From Lama guanicoe (Eukaryota): a DNA stretch of 64,000 nucleotides. The notes under the pieces are model-generated. The model had not been told where the DNA came from, made no database searches, and saw only the letters and a list, made by a program, of their open reading frames with translations. Shown one piece after another: positions 48,633 to 59,390 of the stretch (position 1 is its first letter; each line of letters starts with the position of its first letter). Both the position numbers and the translations under genes were made by a program. Location: positions 1,638,943 through 1,702,942 of the forward strand of contig MU053216.1 in NCBI GenBank assembly GCA_013239625.1, written 5' to 3'.

Positions 48633-51600
48633 CTCTGTGCCGGTTGGCCTCTGTCCCACCTGTCTCTGACCTACCTCCTCTCCCTCCCATCCTTCGCAGT
48701 GACGACAGTTCGGTGTGAATCTTTCCACCTTTTCTCCTGTTTAATCGGTTCTGCTGCAGGAGGAGGAAGGGAAGGTTTTTGTTGCCCGTTCTGCAAAAAT
48801 GAGAATACATAACCCACGTCTTTTTTTCTTGCTTCTCCCATTGAACCACACATGGACGTCTCTGCAGGCTGATAAACACAGCTCTAACCCATTCCTTCAG
48901 CTGCCTGATATCCTGGGGGTGAGGGTACCACAGTGCGTTCAGCCGCTCCTGGGCCGGAGGGCATGCGGGCTGTGTCCAGGTCCCTGCCGGCTCCCGTAGG
49001 CAGTGCTGACACGAGCAACCTGGACCCTACATGCCACCGTCCCCTGATGTTTCCTTTCTATGGGATTTCGTCCCCCAAACGGGAAGTGTTTCTAGCAGGT
49101 AGGTTGGAGCATGATTTATAAATAAATAGAAGCACACAGTGTAGCGTCATACACCCCAAGTTCAGCAGATACTCATAATGATAAGGCTATTCGACTAGGT
49201 GGTTACCTAGCAGCCTTCTGATGGGAAAAGACACGTTTCCCGGCAACGAGCAAGTCTGCATTACTGAGTGAGAATTTGCTAGGAAGTACAAAGCTGGAGC
49301 GTGGCACACAGCAGCTGAGAAGCACGGCTGCGAGGCTGGCTGCCCGGCTTCCTTGCTAGGCCGGCTCAGGCCGGCAGAGGGGCATCACGGGATACTGAGT
49401 CCCTATCCTTGAGCTAACCAAACCGCAACGTGCTTTCAACCAGCCTCAGCTCTGTGCGATCTGACCAATTGCATTCTGTTGAAGCCAGTGACTTAAGAGC
49501 TGTGAAGGGGTCTGTTTAAGGCAACGTGTGTGAAAAGGCCTGAAGTGAGGGGTCAGAACACGGGTCCCGGGCTCTGCCAACTTGTCGGCCCTGTGGCACT
49601 CGGGAGCAAGCCTCAAAATCCCCATCTATAAAATAAAGCTAGTAATAGTCACGCCGCCCACCGCAGGACTGCAGGGGAACAAATGGAACCATGTAAACAA
49701 AAGTGCTCCGAGCCAGCTAGACATCCATTAGCATTGTTAATCTTATTCAGATTCCTGAGGAAGCAATGTACCGTGTCTGGTGGCACCTTTCCTGTTCTTT
49801 GTGTCACCAGGAAAGAACATTTTAGCACTTAAAAGAAGATTATTTTGTAGCAGTCGAGAAGTGCACTCTGAAAGTACAGATCAATATAAAAATTAAGGAC
49901 TAGACGTCAGCCCCCGAGTCTATCGGCAGGTACGGCTCGGTGGACTTCTGTAACAGTGACGATATTTACGGAGCTGCCTCAGTTTTTAATGTTTCATAGA
50001 TAAATGAGAATGAAGTAACAGAGTGAGATTCCTGCCCTCTTCCCTTAAGTTTCCATTTCTAACTCCCTGTACAGTATCAGATGTCACCTCCCGGTGTTCC
50101 TTCCCGCCTCGAGGCTCCTGCCTGTACAACGCACACGTGCGACAGGAATCCAGCTGCTACACACGGGGTGCTTCCCGCTGTGACTAAAATACTGAGAAAC
50201 TGGTGCCTCGATAGGTACTCCAAGTATATGATGGAGGGGTCTGTCTGTGGATACAACGGCAGAAACTTCCTAACCGACGTGAGGGGGCATTTGCTCCAGA
50301 GGCGCGGCAGACTTCCAGCCCGTGCCCTGGCAGGACGGAACGCTGGTGTGGGGAGTCCAGAGAGCTCAGAGCCAGTTGGAATTTGGCAGTTGGTTTCCTT
50401 CCAGCTGTCCTTAAAGGTGTTCTCTGCAGGGGTTTAAAAGTGGCGCATACTTATGACTTAAGATTTTTATGTTTAGCTGTTTCTGACTTCATTCTTCTCA
50501 TTGGAAAACAGAGAAAATGGGGTGTTTATCCAGCAGGGGAGGGTTTATGAAGTTCTGCAGTTACAGCTAAACCATCATGACGTTCAACAGCTGGTGAAAT
50601 CAGTGGGGAAAGAGGTCGTGTGTGAAGCATACAGTTCAATTAATTAATTATCTTGCCGAAGGTGTACCTGTCAGTGGGCTGTGGCGGCATCAGGGAGGCA
50701 GCCCGAGAGAGAGGAAGGCAGAGTGCCTTGGAGCGCGTGGAGTTTCAGACTTTTCTGGGTGTGGGAAGCCTTCATTCTGGGGCTTCCTCATCACACTCTT
50801 AAGAGTGCTTCTGTTGAAGAAAAAGAAGAGAAAAAACTTTTGAGATTCAAGCTGTCTTTATTTAAAAATCCCTTTTCAGTCTAAGTCCTTTTTTCAAAAG
50901 GGAGATTTTTGTTGGCAATCACTTTACATTAATTAAAGGGTTAACTATATTCAAATTTAACTGTATAACAACACAGAAGTGCAATAAATACAAATATCGG
51001 GTTGTATTCCACAGTCTCCTCACCTTACCAAGACATGGGGACTTTCTGACTTATTTTTTTGTACTCTTAGAGAAAATCGAATTTACAAGATAGATAAATT
51101 AAAGGAATAATTATACACATTATAGAAGGTCTATTTGATGTTCAAAGCATCATATGGATTTCATGCAAACAGCTGAATTTCTTAATATATAGAAATCACA
51201 GTGCATGTTGTTTAACGTACAGGAAATTGTACCGAGTTAACAACGATAACCAGAAACAGTATTGAATTTAGGGAAAGCACACTGATTTCTGCAACTTAAT
51301 TTGCAATGCATCAAAAAGGAAGACGGGCTGATGCGTAACAGAGGGACGGACAAATTGACAGAAAGGCAAGTCAGCAAACATTATAAAATATTAGCGATAA
51401 ATTCTTAAAAAAAGAAAGAACTCATCCATCGCACAAAGCGAAATACTTCCTCTCACAGAATTCAAGTTCGAATGACCTACTCTTTATAACTATACAGCAC
51501 ATCATGAAACAAAGAATTGGCAATTACCAAGGGGAGAAGGGTTGTTGATTTTCTTATAGTTTTTCATAAATCAGAGAAAGAAGTATTTTTTTCCTGAATG

Positions 51601-53418
51601 ATCTAGAATGCAGGCAAATAGCCTACCAAATGAGTGTGATCTAAGCAGCCTGAACCACTCTGCACTCGTGAAGAAGGCTGCTTGAGAGATGGAGTTGAGT
51701 GTTGGTACTGAGCTTTGGAAAAACACACACACACAGAGAAAAAACTCCGTCATTGAATTTTTAAAAGTTTATGGCCCAAATGGAAATTTTTCATTGTTCA
51801 AAATTCTTTATTAATCTTTCTTATTAATACAAATACATGTACTACAAAGTTTTAGTTTCTGAAATTACATAGATCATAGCAGTGAAAACTAGTAAGACTG
51901 ATTGTAAAAAACACCATACCAATGAAAAATGTTGATACTAGAGGAAACTCGGCGCAGATATATGCAAACTCTTGGGACCATCTTCTCAACTTTTCTCCAA
52001 ACCTAAAAGTGTTCTTTAAAAATAGAGTCTATTTAAAAAAGAAATTAACAAGAGCAAAACTCATTTCTGTTTTATTTGGTCTCTTTGTTCTAGGATCATT
52101 TCTATAGTTTGTAAGATGTAAGTATTCAGAGGTAAAATATTTAAATTTTCCTGTAGTATTTTCCCTTTGACAAGGCCACATTACTTAACTGTGTGAATCC
52201 TTTCAGATTTTGGTCCATTCCTCCATTTCATATTTGGTTTATTAGTACCTAACAATATTTTTATTTCCTCTGTAAGGCAAAAACACACGAGAAATTTCTT
52301 GCTCCCTATTCTAAGAAGTTCAAGCTATGTCAGTTTTATTTACTTAAAAAACTTGAGATTTTAGATTTAAGAGAGATTTGATTTATATTCTACAATTATG
52401 TATTCTCTAACGCTAAGACAAGTAGCAGGTCTTTGGAACTTTTACATAAGATACAATAAAAATGTGTACAATTTCACAACAGCTGATAACATGAAATTTT
52501 ATCTTAACTTGAAGCAGCATTTTAAATACTGTTTAAAAACTATTCATAGTCACTACCCTAAGTTTATCCTTTTGGCTCCTGTATACTTTTATATTAAAAA
52601 CTTTTTCCTACCCCACTGAAGACTGTAACAAATACATTCTGGTTGCTGTGGTCTAAAACATTGCTGAGAAATACTGATGCTTAGTGCTGTTTCTGTGGTT
52701 CCTTTGATGACAGCTTTCTGAGTTCAGTGTTTTCACGACCCAGGCATCTTTCAGAGACAGGCATAGTGATTTTTCTAATTAATATCCTATGTACCCGGGG
52801 TGGTATTTTTAGTTTTTATTTCTAAAGAATGCAGTTAACACAACCACTATATGCAATGTGCTGGTATGTTATCTTATAAATGCTCAAGGTGCAGCTTCTA
52901 ATACAGAAAAATAGAAAAATAAATTGACCTTGATGAAGTGTGTCTTCTTTTGTCTGTTCCCAGGAAAGTTTATTTCAGGTGTTTGTACTGCTGAAATGAT
53001 TAGCGTTAACAGCTTTTCCCCTCCACTTTATTCTACAGGGCCTCTCCATCTTCCTGATGTATGGGGTGCACAACACACAGGTAAGTCTGCTTGGAGTACC
53101 TCAAGGCTGACAGAGTGAATGAGAGAAATGACAGGTTTCTTATCTTGATAACTGAGGAACAAAGTTGGCTTTTCATATGAGTGTCCCGCTGCCCTTCACG
53201 CTTGGACTAGCTTATATGCATCCCAGCTCACCATTAAACACTGACATCTGAGTAAAGGGACAGCCTCATTTCTCATAGGCATTGACTAATATTTCACTAG
53301 TGCCCTAAGTTTTGGGATGTTCAGTGTTTTAACACCTAACTATACTTGACGGTATTAAAGTTTCACCACTTAAGAGGCAGAGTGCTTCTAATGTCATTGC
53401 ATGGAGTTAGAAAAACAC

Positions 53419-53654
53419 GAATATTTCTTGTCTCAAAATGCTCATTAAATTCTGTCTTTTAAATTTTTGAGCAGGCTCAGAAAGGTCCATCAGCGTTAGT
53501 GCTCAGAAAGGTCCATCAGCGTTAGTGAGTCATCTCATTTAATTATGAGAATGAATATTTCTTGTCTCAAAATGCTCATTAAATTCTTTTAAATTTTTGA
53601 GCAGGCTCAGAAAGGTCCATCAGCGTTAGTGAGTCATCTCATTTAATTATGAGA
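53419..53654. repeat. Nested local tandem duplication (about 105-bp unit x2; inner 26-bp unit x3)
   Basis: 53419-53550 and 53553-53654 near-identical; GCTCAGAAAGGTCCATCAGCGTTAGT at 53475, 53501 and 53605. Confidence 0.95.
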
Positions 53655-54460
53655 CCTTATTTAGGTAGGAACATTGTTAGACAATTGACTTGTAATTTCA
53701 TTATGAAAATGTACCATGGACATAAATTAGGATCATACTTCTTTCTCGTTCTTTTATGAAGGAAAATTCCGATTTACATATGCTTTTGGTTAGGAAAGTC
53801 GCTGGTTTAGATGTCTGCATGCTTAACATGAAAGTGAGCGCCCAGTGTGTACGTTAGGCACTGAACAAACACTGGTTGGATATTTGTTGATCCAAACTTG
53901 ATTTCAAGATTTTACTCTGTAATTCTCCCTGCAGAGCAGAGCTAGTCATTTTGTCTGCGTTTCCCGGTATTCTGCAGCGGGGAAGGGCGGGGTGGGCCCG
54001 GCAGCCGCCTTCTCCCCGTGAAGCGGGGCCGGGCGGCGGTACCCGGGCCCAGGCACGCGGGCATCCAAACCCTCTGAGGATGCCGGAGCGCGCGTGTGGG
54101 CGTGCTTCCCAGCGCGGCCGCACCTGGATCCCACGCGCCTCCCTCTTCCAGTAGCCTTCAGGTAGTTTGGCAGGAAGACAACTTTTTTTTTTTTTTTTTG
54201 CAACGGTACCTCTGCTGCGGTTTCAAAGCGGCTCATCCCTCGAGTGTGGAGGAGGCGCGGCCCTGCGCATCCCTGGCGCCCGCGGCCTCGGAGGGATGCG
54301 GGCAGCACCCGCCGAGCGCCGCAGGCGGGCCCCGGAGAGCCCGGGTCCCCAGTGGGCCTGCGCCGCGCCCCCTCCCCAGCCTTCCGCAGGCGCGTCGCCG
54401 CCGCCGCCCGCCGCGCGCCCCGCCCCCGACGCCCGAGCGGCGCGCCCGCCAATCGCGCCC

Positions 54461-54647
54461 NNNNNNNNNNNNNNNNNNNNNNNNNNNNNNNNNNNNNNNN
54501 NNNNNNNNNNNNNNNNNNNNNNNNNNNNNNNNNNNNNNNNNNNNNNNNNNNNNNNNNNNNNNNNNNNNNNNNNNNNNNNNNNNNNNNNNNNNNNNNNNNN
54601 NNNNNNNNNNNNNNNNNNNNNNNNNNNNNNNNNNNNNNNNNNNNNNN
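54461..54647. other. Assembly gap (187 N) in the GC-rich ZNF281 5' region
   Basis: Run of N. Confidence 0.99.
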
Positions 54648-54658
54648 CCTCTCCGCAG
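54648..54658 (+). other. Probable splice acceptor of the ZNF281 coding exon
   Basis: CCTCTCCGCAG ends 18 nt before the ATG; fits a non-coding exon 1 plus one coding exon, but the branch region is in the gap. Confidence 0.6.
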
Positions 54659-54676
54659 CCAGGCCTGCTCCGGGGC

Positions 54677-57304
54677 ATGAAAGTCGGCAGCGCGTTCCTG
54701 AGCGGCGGCGGCGGCGGCGCGGGCAGCGGCGGGCGGGCGGAGATGGAGCCCAGCTTCCCGCCGGGCATGCTCATGTTCAACCACCGGCTGCCCCCGGTCG
54801 CCAGCTTCGCCCGGCCGGCGGGCGCGGCCGCCCCTCCCCCGCAGTGCGTGCTGGCCGCCGCCCCGGCCGCGGCCCCGGCCGCCGAGCCCCCCCCGGCGCC
54901 CGCCCCGGACGTGACTTTCAAGAAGGAGCCGGCGGCGCCCGGCGCGGCCTTCCCGGCGCAGAGGACCTCCTGGGGCTTCCTGCAGTCGCTGGTCAGCATC
55001 AAGCAGGAGAAGCCGGCCGAGCCCGAGGAGCCGCCGGGCGCCCCCCCGCACCACGCCTTCGGGGGGCTGTTCGCCGGGGCGGACGAGCGGGCGCCGGCGC
55101 TGGGCGGCGGGGGCGGGGGCGGCCACGGCGTCATCCAGGACCTGAGCGTCCTGCACCCGCCGCCGCCGGCCCCGCACCCCCGCGACGTGCTGCTGGGCGG
55201 CGGCGGCGGCGGCCGGACGACCGAGGACCCCCGCGGCCCCGAGGAGCCAAAGCCGGACGCCAGCGTCAAGAAGGCGAAGAGGCCAAAGCCAGAATCTCAG
55301 GGAATCAAAGCCAAGAGGAAGCCCAGCGCATCTTCCAAACCGCCGCTGGTGGGAGACGGGGAAGGCGCCCTGCTCTCCCCCAGCCAGAAACCTCACATCT
55401 GCGATCACTGTAGCGCCGCTTTCCGGAGCTCCTACCACCTGCGGAGGCACGTCCTCATCCACACCGGGGAGCGGCCCTTCCAGTGCAGCCAGTGCAGCAT
55501 GGGCTTCATCCAGAAGTACCTGCTGCAGAGACACGAGAAGATCCACAGTCGAGAGAAGCCGTTCGGGTGCGACCAGTGCAGCATGAAGTTCATCCAGAAG
55601 TACCATATGGAGAGACACAAGAGGACGCACAGTGGAGAAAAGCCATACAAGTGTGACACTTGCCAGCAGTATTTCTCAAGGACAGATCGCCTCTTGAAGC
55701 ACAGGCGCACCTGTGGCGAAGCCATAGCGAAAGGGGCCCCCGGCGCAGAGCCCGGGGCGTCTGGCCACAACAGCGTGGGGAATCTGGCTGTGTTGTCTCA
55801 GGGAAACACCAGCTCTTCGAGGAGAAAGGCGAAGTCAAAGAGCATCGCAGTTGAAAACAAGGAACACAAGACTGGTAAAGCGAGCGACTCGCAGGTTCCG
55901 AGCAGTATGACCCTGCAGAGTTACTCGGTAGAGATGCCCACCGCGTCTTCCAGCGGAGGCATGATCGGCACTGGTATCGACGAGCTACAGAAAAGGGTGC
56001 CAAAACTGATCTTTAAGAAGGGAAGCAGAAAGAGTACAGAGAAGAACTACCTGAACTTCGTGTCACCGTTACCAGACATGGTGGGACAGAAGTCCTTGTC
56101 TGGGAAACCAGGTGGCTCGCTTGGCCTCGCGTCAAACAGCAGCGTGGAGACCATTAGTCTCCTCCAGAGCGCAAGTGGCAAACAAGGTCAAATGAGCAGT
56201 ACTTACGACGATGCCATGCAGTTCTCGAAGAAAAGAAGATACTTACCGACTGCCAGCAGCAACAGTGCCTTTTCCGTGAGCGTGGGACACATGGCCTCCC
56301 AGCAGTCTGTCATCCAGTCTGCGGGCGTCGGAGTTTTGGACAGTGAGGCCCCCTTGTCCCTTATTGACTCCTCGGCCCTGAATGCGGAAATTAAGTCTTG
56401 TCACGACAAGTCTGGAATTCCTGATGAGGTTTTGCAGAGTATTTTGGATCAGTACTCCAACAAGTCCGAGAGCCAGAAGGAGGATCCCTTCAGCATAACG
56501 GAGCCACGAGTGGATTTGCACACCTCAGGAGAGCACTCAGAGCTGGTGCAAGAAGAGAGCTTGAGCCCAGGCGCCCAGACGCCCTCCAGCGATAAGGCCA
56601 GCATGCTGCAAGAATACTCCAAATACCTCCAGCAGGCTTTTGAAAAGTCCACGAACGCAGGGTTCGCTCTCGGCCACGGGTTCCAGTTTGTCAGCCTGTC
56701 ATCACCTCTCCACAACCACACTTTATTTCCAGAAAAACAGATATACACTACATCTCCTCTGGAGTGTGGTTTCGGCCAGTCTGTTACCTCAGTGTTGCCA
56801 TCTTCGTTGCCAAAGCCTCCTTTTGGGATGTTGTTTGGATCGCAGCCAGGTCTTTATTTATCTGCTTTGGATGCCACACATCAGCAGTTGACCCCTTCCC
56901 AGGAGCTGGATGATCTGATAGATTCTCAGAAGAATTTAGAGACTTCTTCGGCCTTCCAGTCCTCATCTCAGAAACTGACTAGCCAGAAGGAACAGCAGAA
57001 AAACTTAGAGTCCTCAACAAGCTTTCAGATCCCATCTCAGGAGTTAGCCAGCCAGATAGATCCTCAGAAAGACGTAGAGCCTAGAACAACGTACCAGATT
57101 GAGAACTTCGCACAGGCGTTTGGTTCTCAGTTCAAGTCGGGCAGCAGGGTGCCAATGACCTTTATCACTAACTCCAATGGAGAAGTGGACCACAGAGCAA
57201 GGACTTCGGTGTCAGATTTCTCAGGGTATACAAATATGATGTCCGATGTTAGTGAAGCATGTAGTCCGAGGGTAAAGACGCCCACCAGCCAGAGCTACAG
57301 GTAA
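54677..57304 (+). CDS. ZNF281: Zinc finger protein 281 (ZBP-99), 875 aa, single coding exon
   Basis: ATG at 54677 ([12 protein letters not shown]...), motifs [22 protein letters not shown], four tandem fingers at 55394-55714 ([23 protein letters not shown]...[21 protein letters not shown]) and C-terminus ...KTPTSQSYR*, all as in ZNF281 rather than the paralogue ZNF148. The longer ORF-track start at 54167 is a non-ATG read-through of the gap. Confidence 0.98.
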   Translation: MKVGSAFLSGGGGGAGSGGRAEMEPSFPPGMLMFNHRLPPVASFARPAGAAAPPPQCVLAAAPAAAPAAEPPPAPAPDVTFKKEPAAPGAAFPAQRTSWGFLQSLVSIKQEKPAEPEEPPGAPPHHAFGGLFAGADERAPALGGGGGGGHGVIQDLSVLHPPPPAPHPRDVLLGGGGGGRTTEDPRGPEEPKPDASVKKAKRPKPESQGIKAKRKPSASSKPPLVGDGEGALLSPSQKPHICDHCSAAFRSSYHLRRHVLIHTGERPFQCSQCSMGFIQKYLLQRHEKIHSREKPFGCDQCSMKFIQKYHMERHKRTHSGEKPYKCDTCQQYFSRTDRLLKHRRTCGEAIAKGAPGAEPGASGHNSVGNLAVLSQGNTSSSRRKAKSKSIAVENKEHKTGKASDSQVPSSMTLQSYSVEMPTASSSGGMIGTGIDELQKRVPKLIFKKGSRKSTEKNYLNFVSPLPDMVGQKSLSGKPGGSLGLASNSSVETISLLQSASGKQGQMSSTYDDAMQFSKKRRYLPTASSNSAFSVSVGHMASQQSVIQSAGVGVLDSEAPLSLIDSSALNAEIKSCHDKSGIPDEVLQSILDQYSNKSESQKEDPFSITEPRVDLHTSGEHSELVQEESLSPGAQTPSSDKASMLQEYSKYLQQAFEKSTNAGFALGHGFQFVSLSSPLHNHTLFPEKQIYTTSPLECGFGQSVTSVLPSSLPKPPFGMLFGSQPGLYLSALDATHQQLTPSQELDDLIDSQKNLETSSAFQSSSQKLTSQKEQQKNLESSTSFQIPSQELASQIDPQKDVEPRTTYQIENFAQAFGSQFKSGSRVPMTFITNSNGEVDHRARTSVSDFSGYTNMMSDVSEACSPRVKTPTSQSYR

Positions 57305-59390
57305 GGCCCAGGAGTGACCAGGCTGGGGGTCTTCTAATGTGATTTCGTTTTATTTCGAGAACACTGCCATTGGAATGTTTCTACGCGATCCTATTAAGAA
57401 TAATGTAATGCCCTTTCAATGCAACTTTTCATATTTAGTTTATTTTGTTAGCGTGATTTTAGCTCTGTTTGTATTATGATTTTTAATCAAAATCAATAGA
57501 TTAAAATAGTTTGACATTCGAAGTGACAATGTTTAGCAATCAAATTTACATGTATAGATTGTCAGGGAATAGCCCAAAAGTTTTAAATGCAAAAAAAAAA
57601 AACCATATAAAAAAAAAAACAAAAAAAAAACCACATAAAAAAAAACTTTGTTGTTAGGATTAAGGTTATTCTAATTGCTTTACTCTCAGGAAAGTGTAAT
57701 AACGCATGGGAATTCTGTACGTTATCACTGTAATGGAATATCCAATTTACAGGTAGTATATGCATTTCATCATTTAGGTAAGGGATCGAAAACATTTCAA
57801 GTTGCTCTATCTGGGCTGATGTGATACACGTTTTATCATTGAAGTAAGGGATCGAAAACATTTCAGATTGCTGTCTCCATCTGGGCTGATCCAAAATTCT
57901 GAATTGTTGGCCACCTGTACTTTGTTGCAGCTTTTAAATGTACTCTGAACTTCCAAACCACATTCATTCCAGCCTGGAAGAACAAATATTCTTGGATCTT
58001 TGATCAAAGCCTGGAATGATAGCTTTAATAAAAGAAGGAGGAAAAAAAAAGCACCCTTTCCTTACCCCAACTGTGACAAGGCCGGTCAGGGGCTGGTGGG
58101 CACAGTGTTGATGCCCAGGTGGCTGGTTGGTGCCAGTATTAGAACCCAAGCTGGAATTACATCATTCTTGGAAAATCTGGGTATGTGCCGTTTGTCATAC
58201 ATGGCCTAAAACTCTGTTCCCTGTCTTTTACTACATGTCACCCACACTTACGGGTTTTTTCTTTCATTGTTGTCTTTGTTCTTAACACGTCCTCTCGCAC
58301 AGAGTCCTGGGCCTGCTTGTTCCTTCTGCTCCCTGTCTTGACAGTTTCGACTTTAGAATGAGTCACATTCCAATAGGTAATTGGCTGTGCGTTTCATATG
58401 CCTTCTGGCATCCAAATACTAAACCGTAGGGTTAGCATCCCCCCGCCCCCTTTTGAAGAACAGAGCCCTTGCAGGTGTCCATGTAGCATAAAGCCCCCAT
58501 GCTCAGAGCTACAGACAACCAGTAAGAAGGTTGTAATTCCAGCTGGTGACAAAGCCAACGGGAGGGGTGAGAGCGTCTCACTTGGGGGTAACATTGGAAC
58601 CTCTCTGAGAAGTTGCAGCCTGTTTAACGTACGTTTTGAAAGGGTGCGTCAGTCAGTATTGTACGGGGTCGTGTAAAGTCATCAAACCTTGCTATGAACG
58701 CTAATTGCCATTTGAAGCTACTGGTGGACAGTGGCTCTGCTCTAAACCACTTTTTAGCAATTGTATTTTTTTTTCTGATTATATTTTTTAATGTACTTTG
58801 ATGTTTATGCTGATGAGTTTTTTTGTGTACTTTTGGTGATGTTTCAGTCTTAGGTACTCTTCTGACGTCAGAAAAGTGCCACTGGTTGTTTGCAGTCTTA
58901 CTGTGTCATCAGCCTCCCGCAGGCTTCCATGTATAATAAAGTAATTAATACTGTGCACGTGTGAAACACTTCTGTTACGAAGGCAGTGTTTGGAAAATGA
59001 GAAATTATTAAAAATGGTTACAAAATACTAGTTAATTTCCTTTCCCTGCTTTCCTCCCTTAAGTCTGCTTTACCAGCTAAAGGTCACTTATTTGTCATTG
59101 CAAGATTCTTCGAAAATGTGTGTAATCTTCTTAAATACACGCAGTACTAAAAAGTCTGTTTTGGTCAGCGCGGCGAGTTCTGTTGGGGACAGAGCACAAG
59201 CTGTAATCAGAGGACGGAGAAGCCCTTTACCGCTGTGTCTCTGAGCTGTGTGGTCTCCCTCCAGCGTTTTGTTTTATACAGGTTTTGAATTCCTTTAACT
59301 TTTATTGTGTGTACTGAATACTGCATATGTACTATTCTGATTGTTTGCTCTAGTTTACTACCAATAAAAGACCTGTTAATCACAACATTG
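57305..59390 (+). promoter_or_regulatory. ZNF281: ZNF281 3' UTR with candidate alternative poly(A) signals and miRNA seed matches
   Basis: AT-rich, no recognisable transposon; AATAAA at 58027, 58935 and 59363; seed matches miR-34/449 CACTGCCA 57362, miR-33 CAATGCAA 57417, miR-203 CATTTCA 57763/57793/57859, miR-1/206 CATTCCA 57965, miR-200bc CAGTATTA 58134. The 3' end is inferred. Confidence 0.65.

Larger units (their letters stand above)
53980..55780. promoter_or_regulatory. CpG island / ZNF281 promoter and 5' gene body
   Basis: Very GC- and CpG-dense; GGGCGG box near 53985, CACCTG E-box 54121, CCCCCTCCCC 54368-54377, CCAAT 54449-54453. The start site and a likely non-coding exon 1 probably lie in or next to the gap. 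Confidence 0.88.

Noticed and set aside
53419..53654. CRISPR-like array
   Set aside because: Units are contiguous duplications without unique spacers; mammalian context, no cas genes.
54167..54676. 170-aa N-terminal extension of ZNF281 in the ORF track
   Set aside because: Non-ATG start, reads through 187 N and GC-rich promoter sequence; a splice acceptor precedes the true ATG at 54677.
54223..55630. Long antisense and alternative-frame ORFs (348, 389, 465 aa) over ZNF281
   Set aside because: Shadow ORFs caused by extreme GC content and the N-gap; no recognisable domain.
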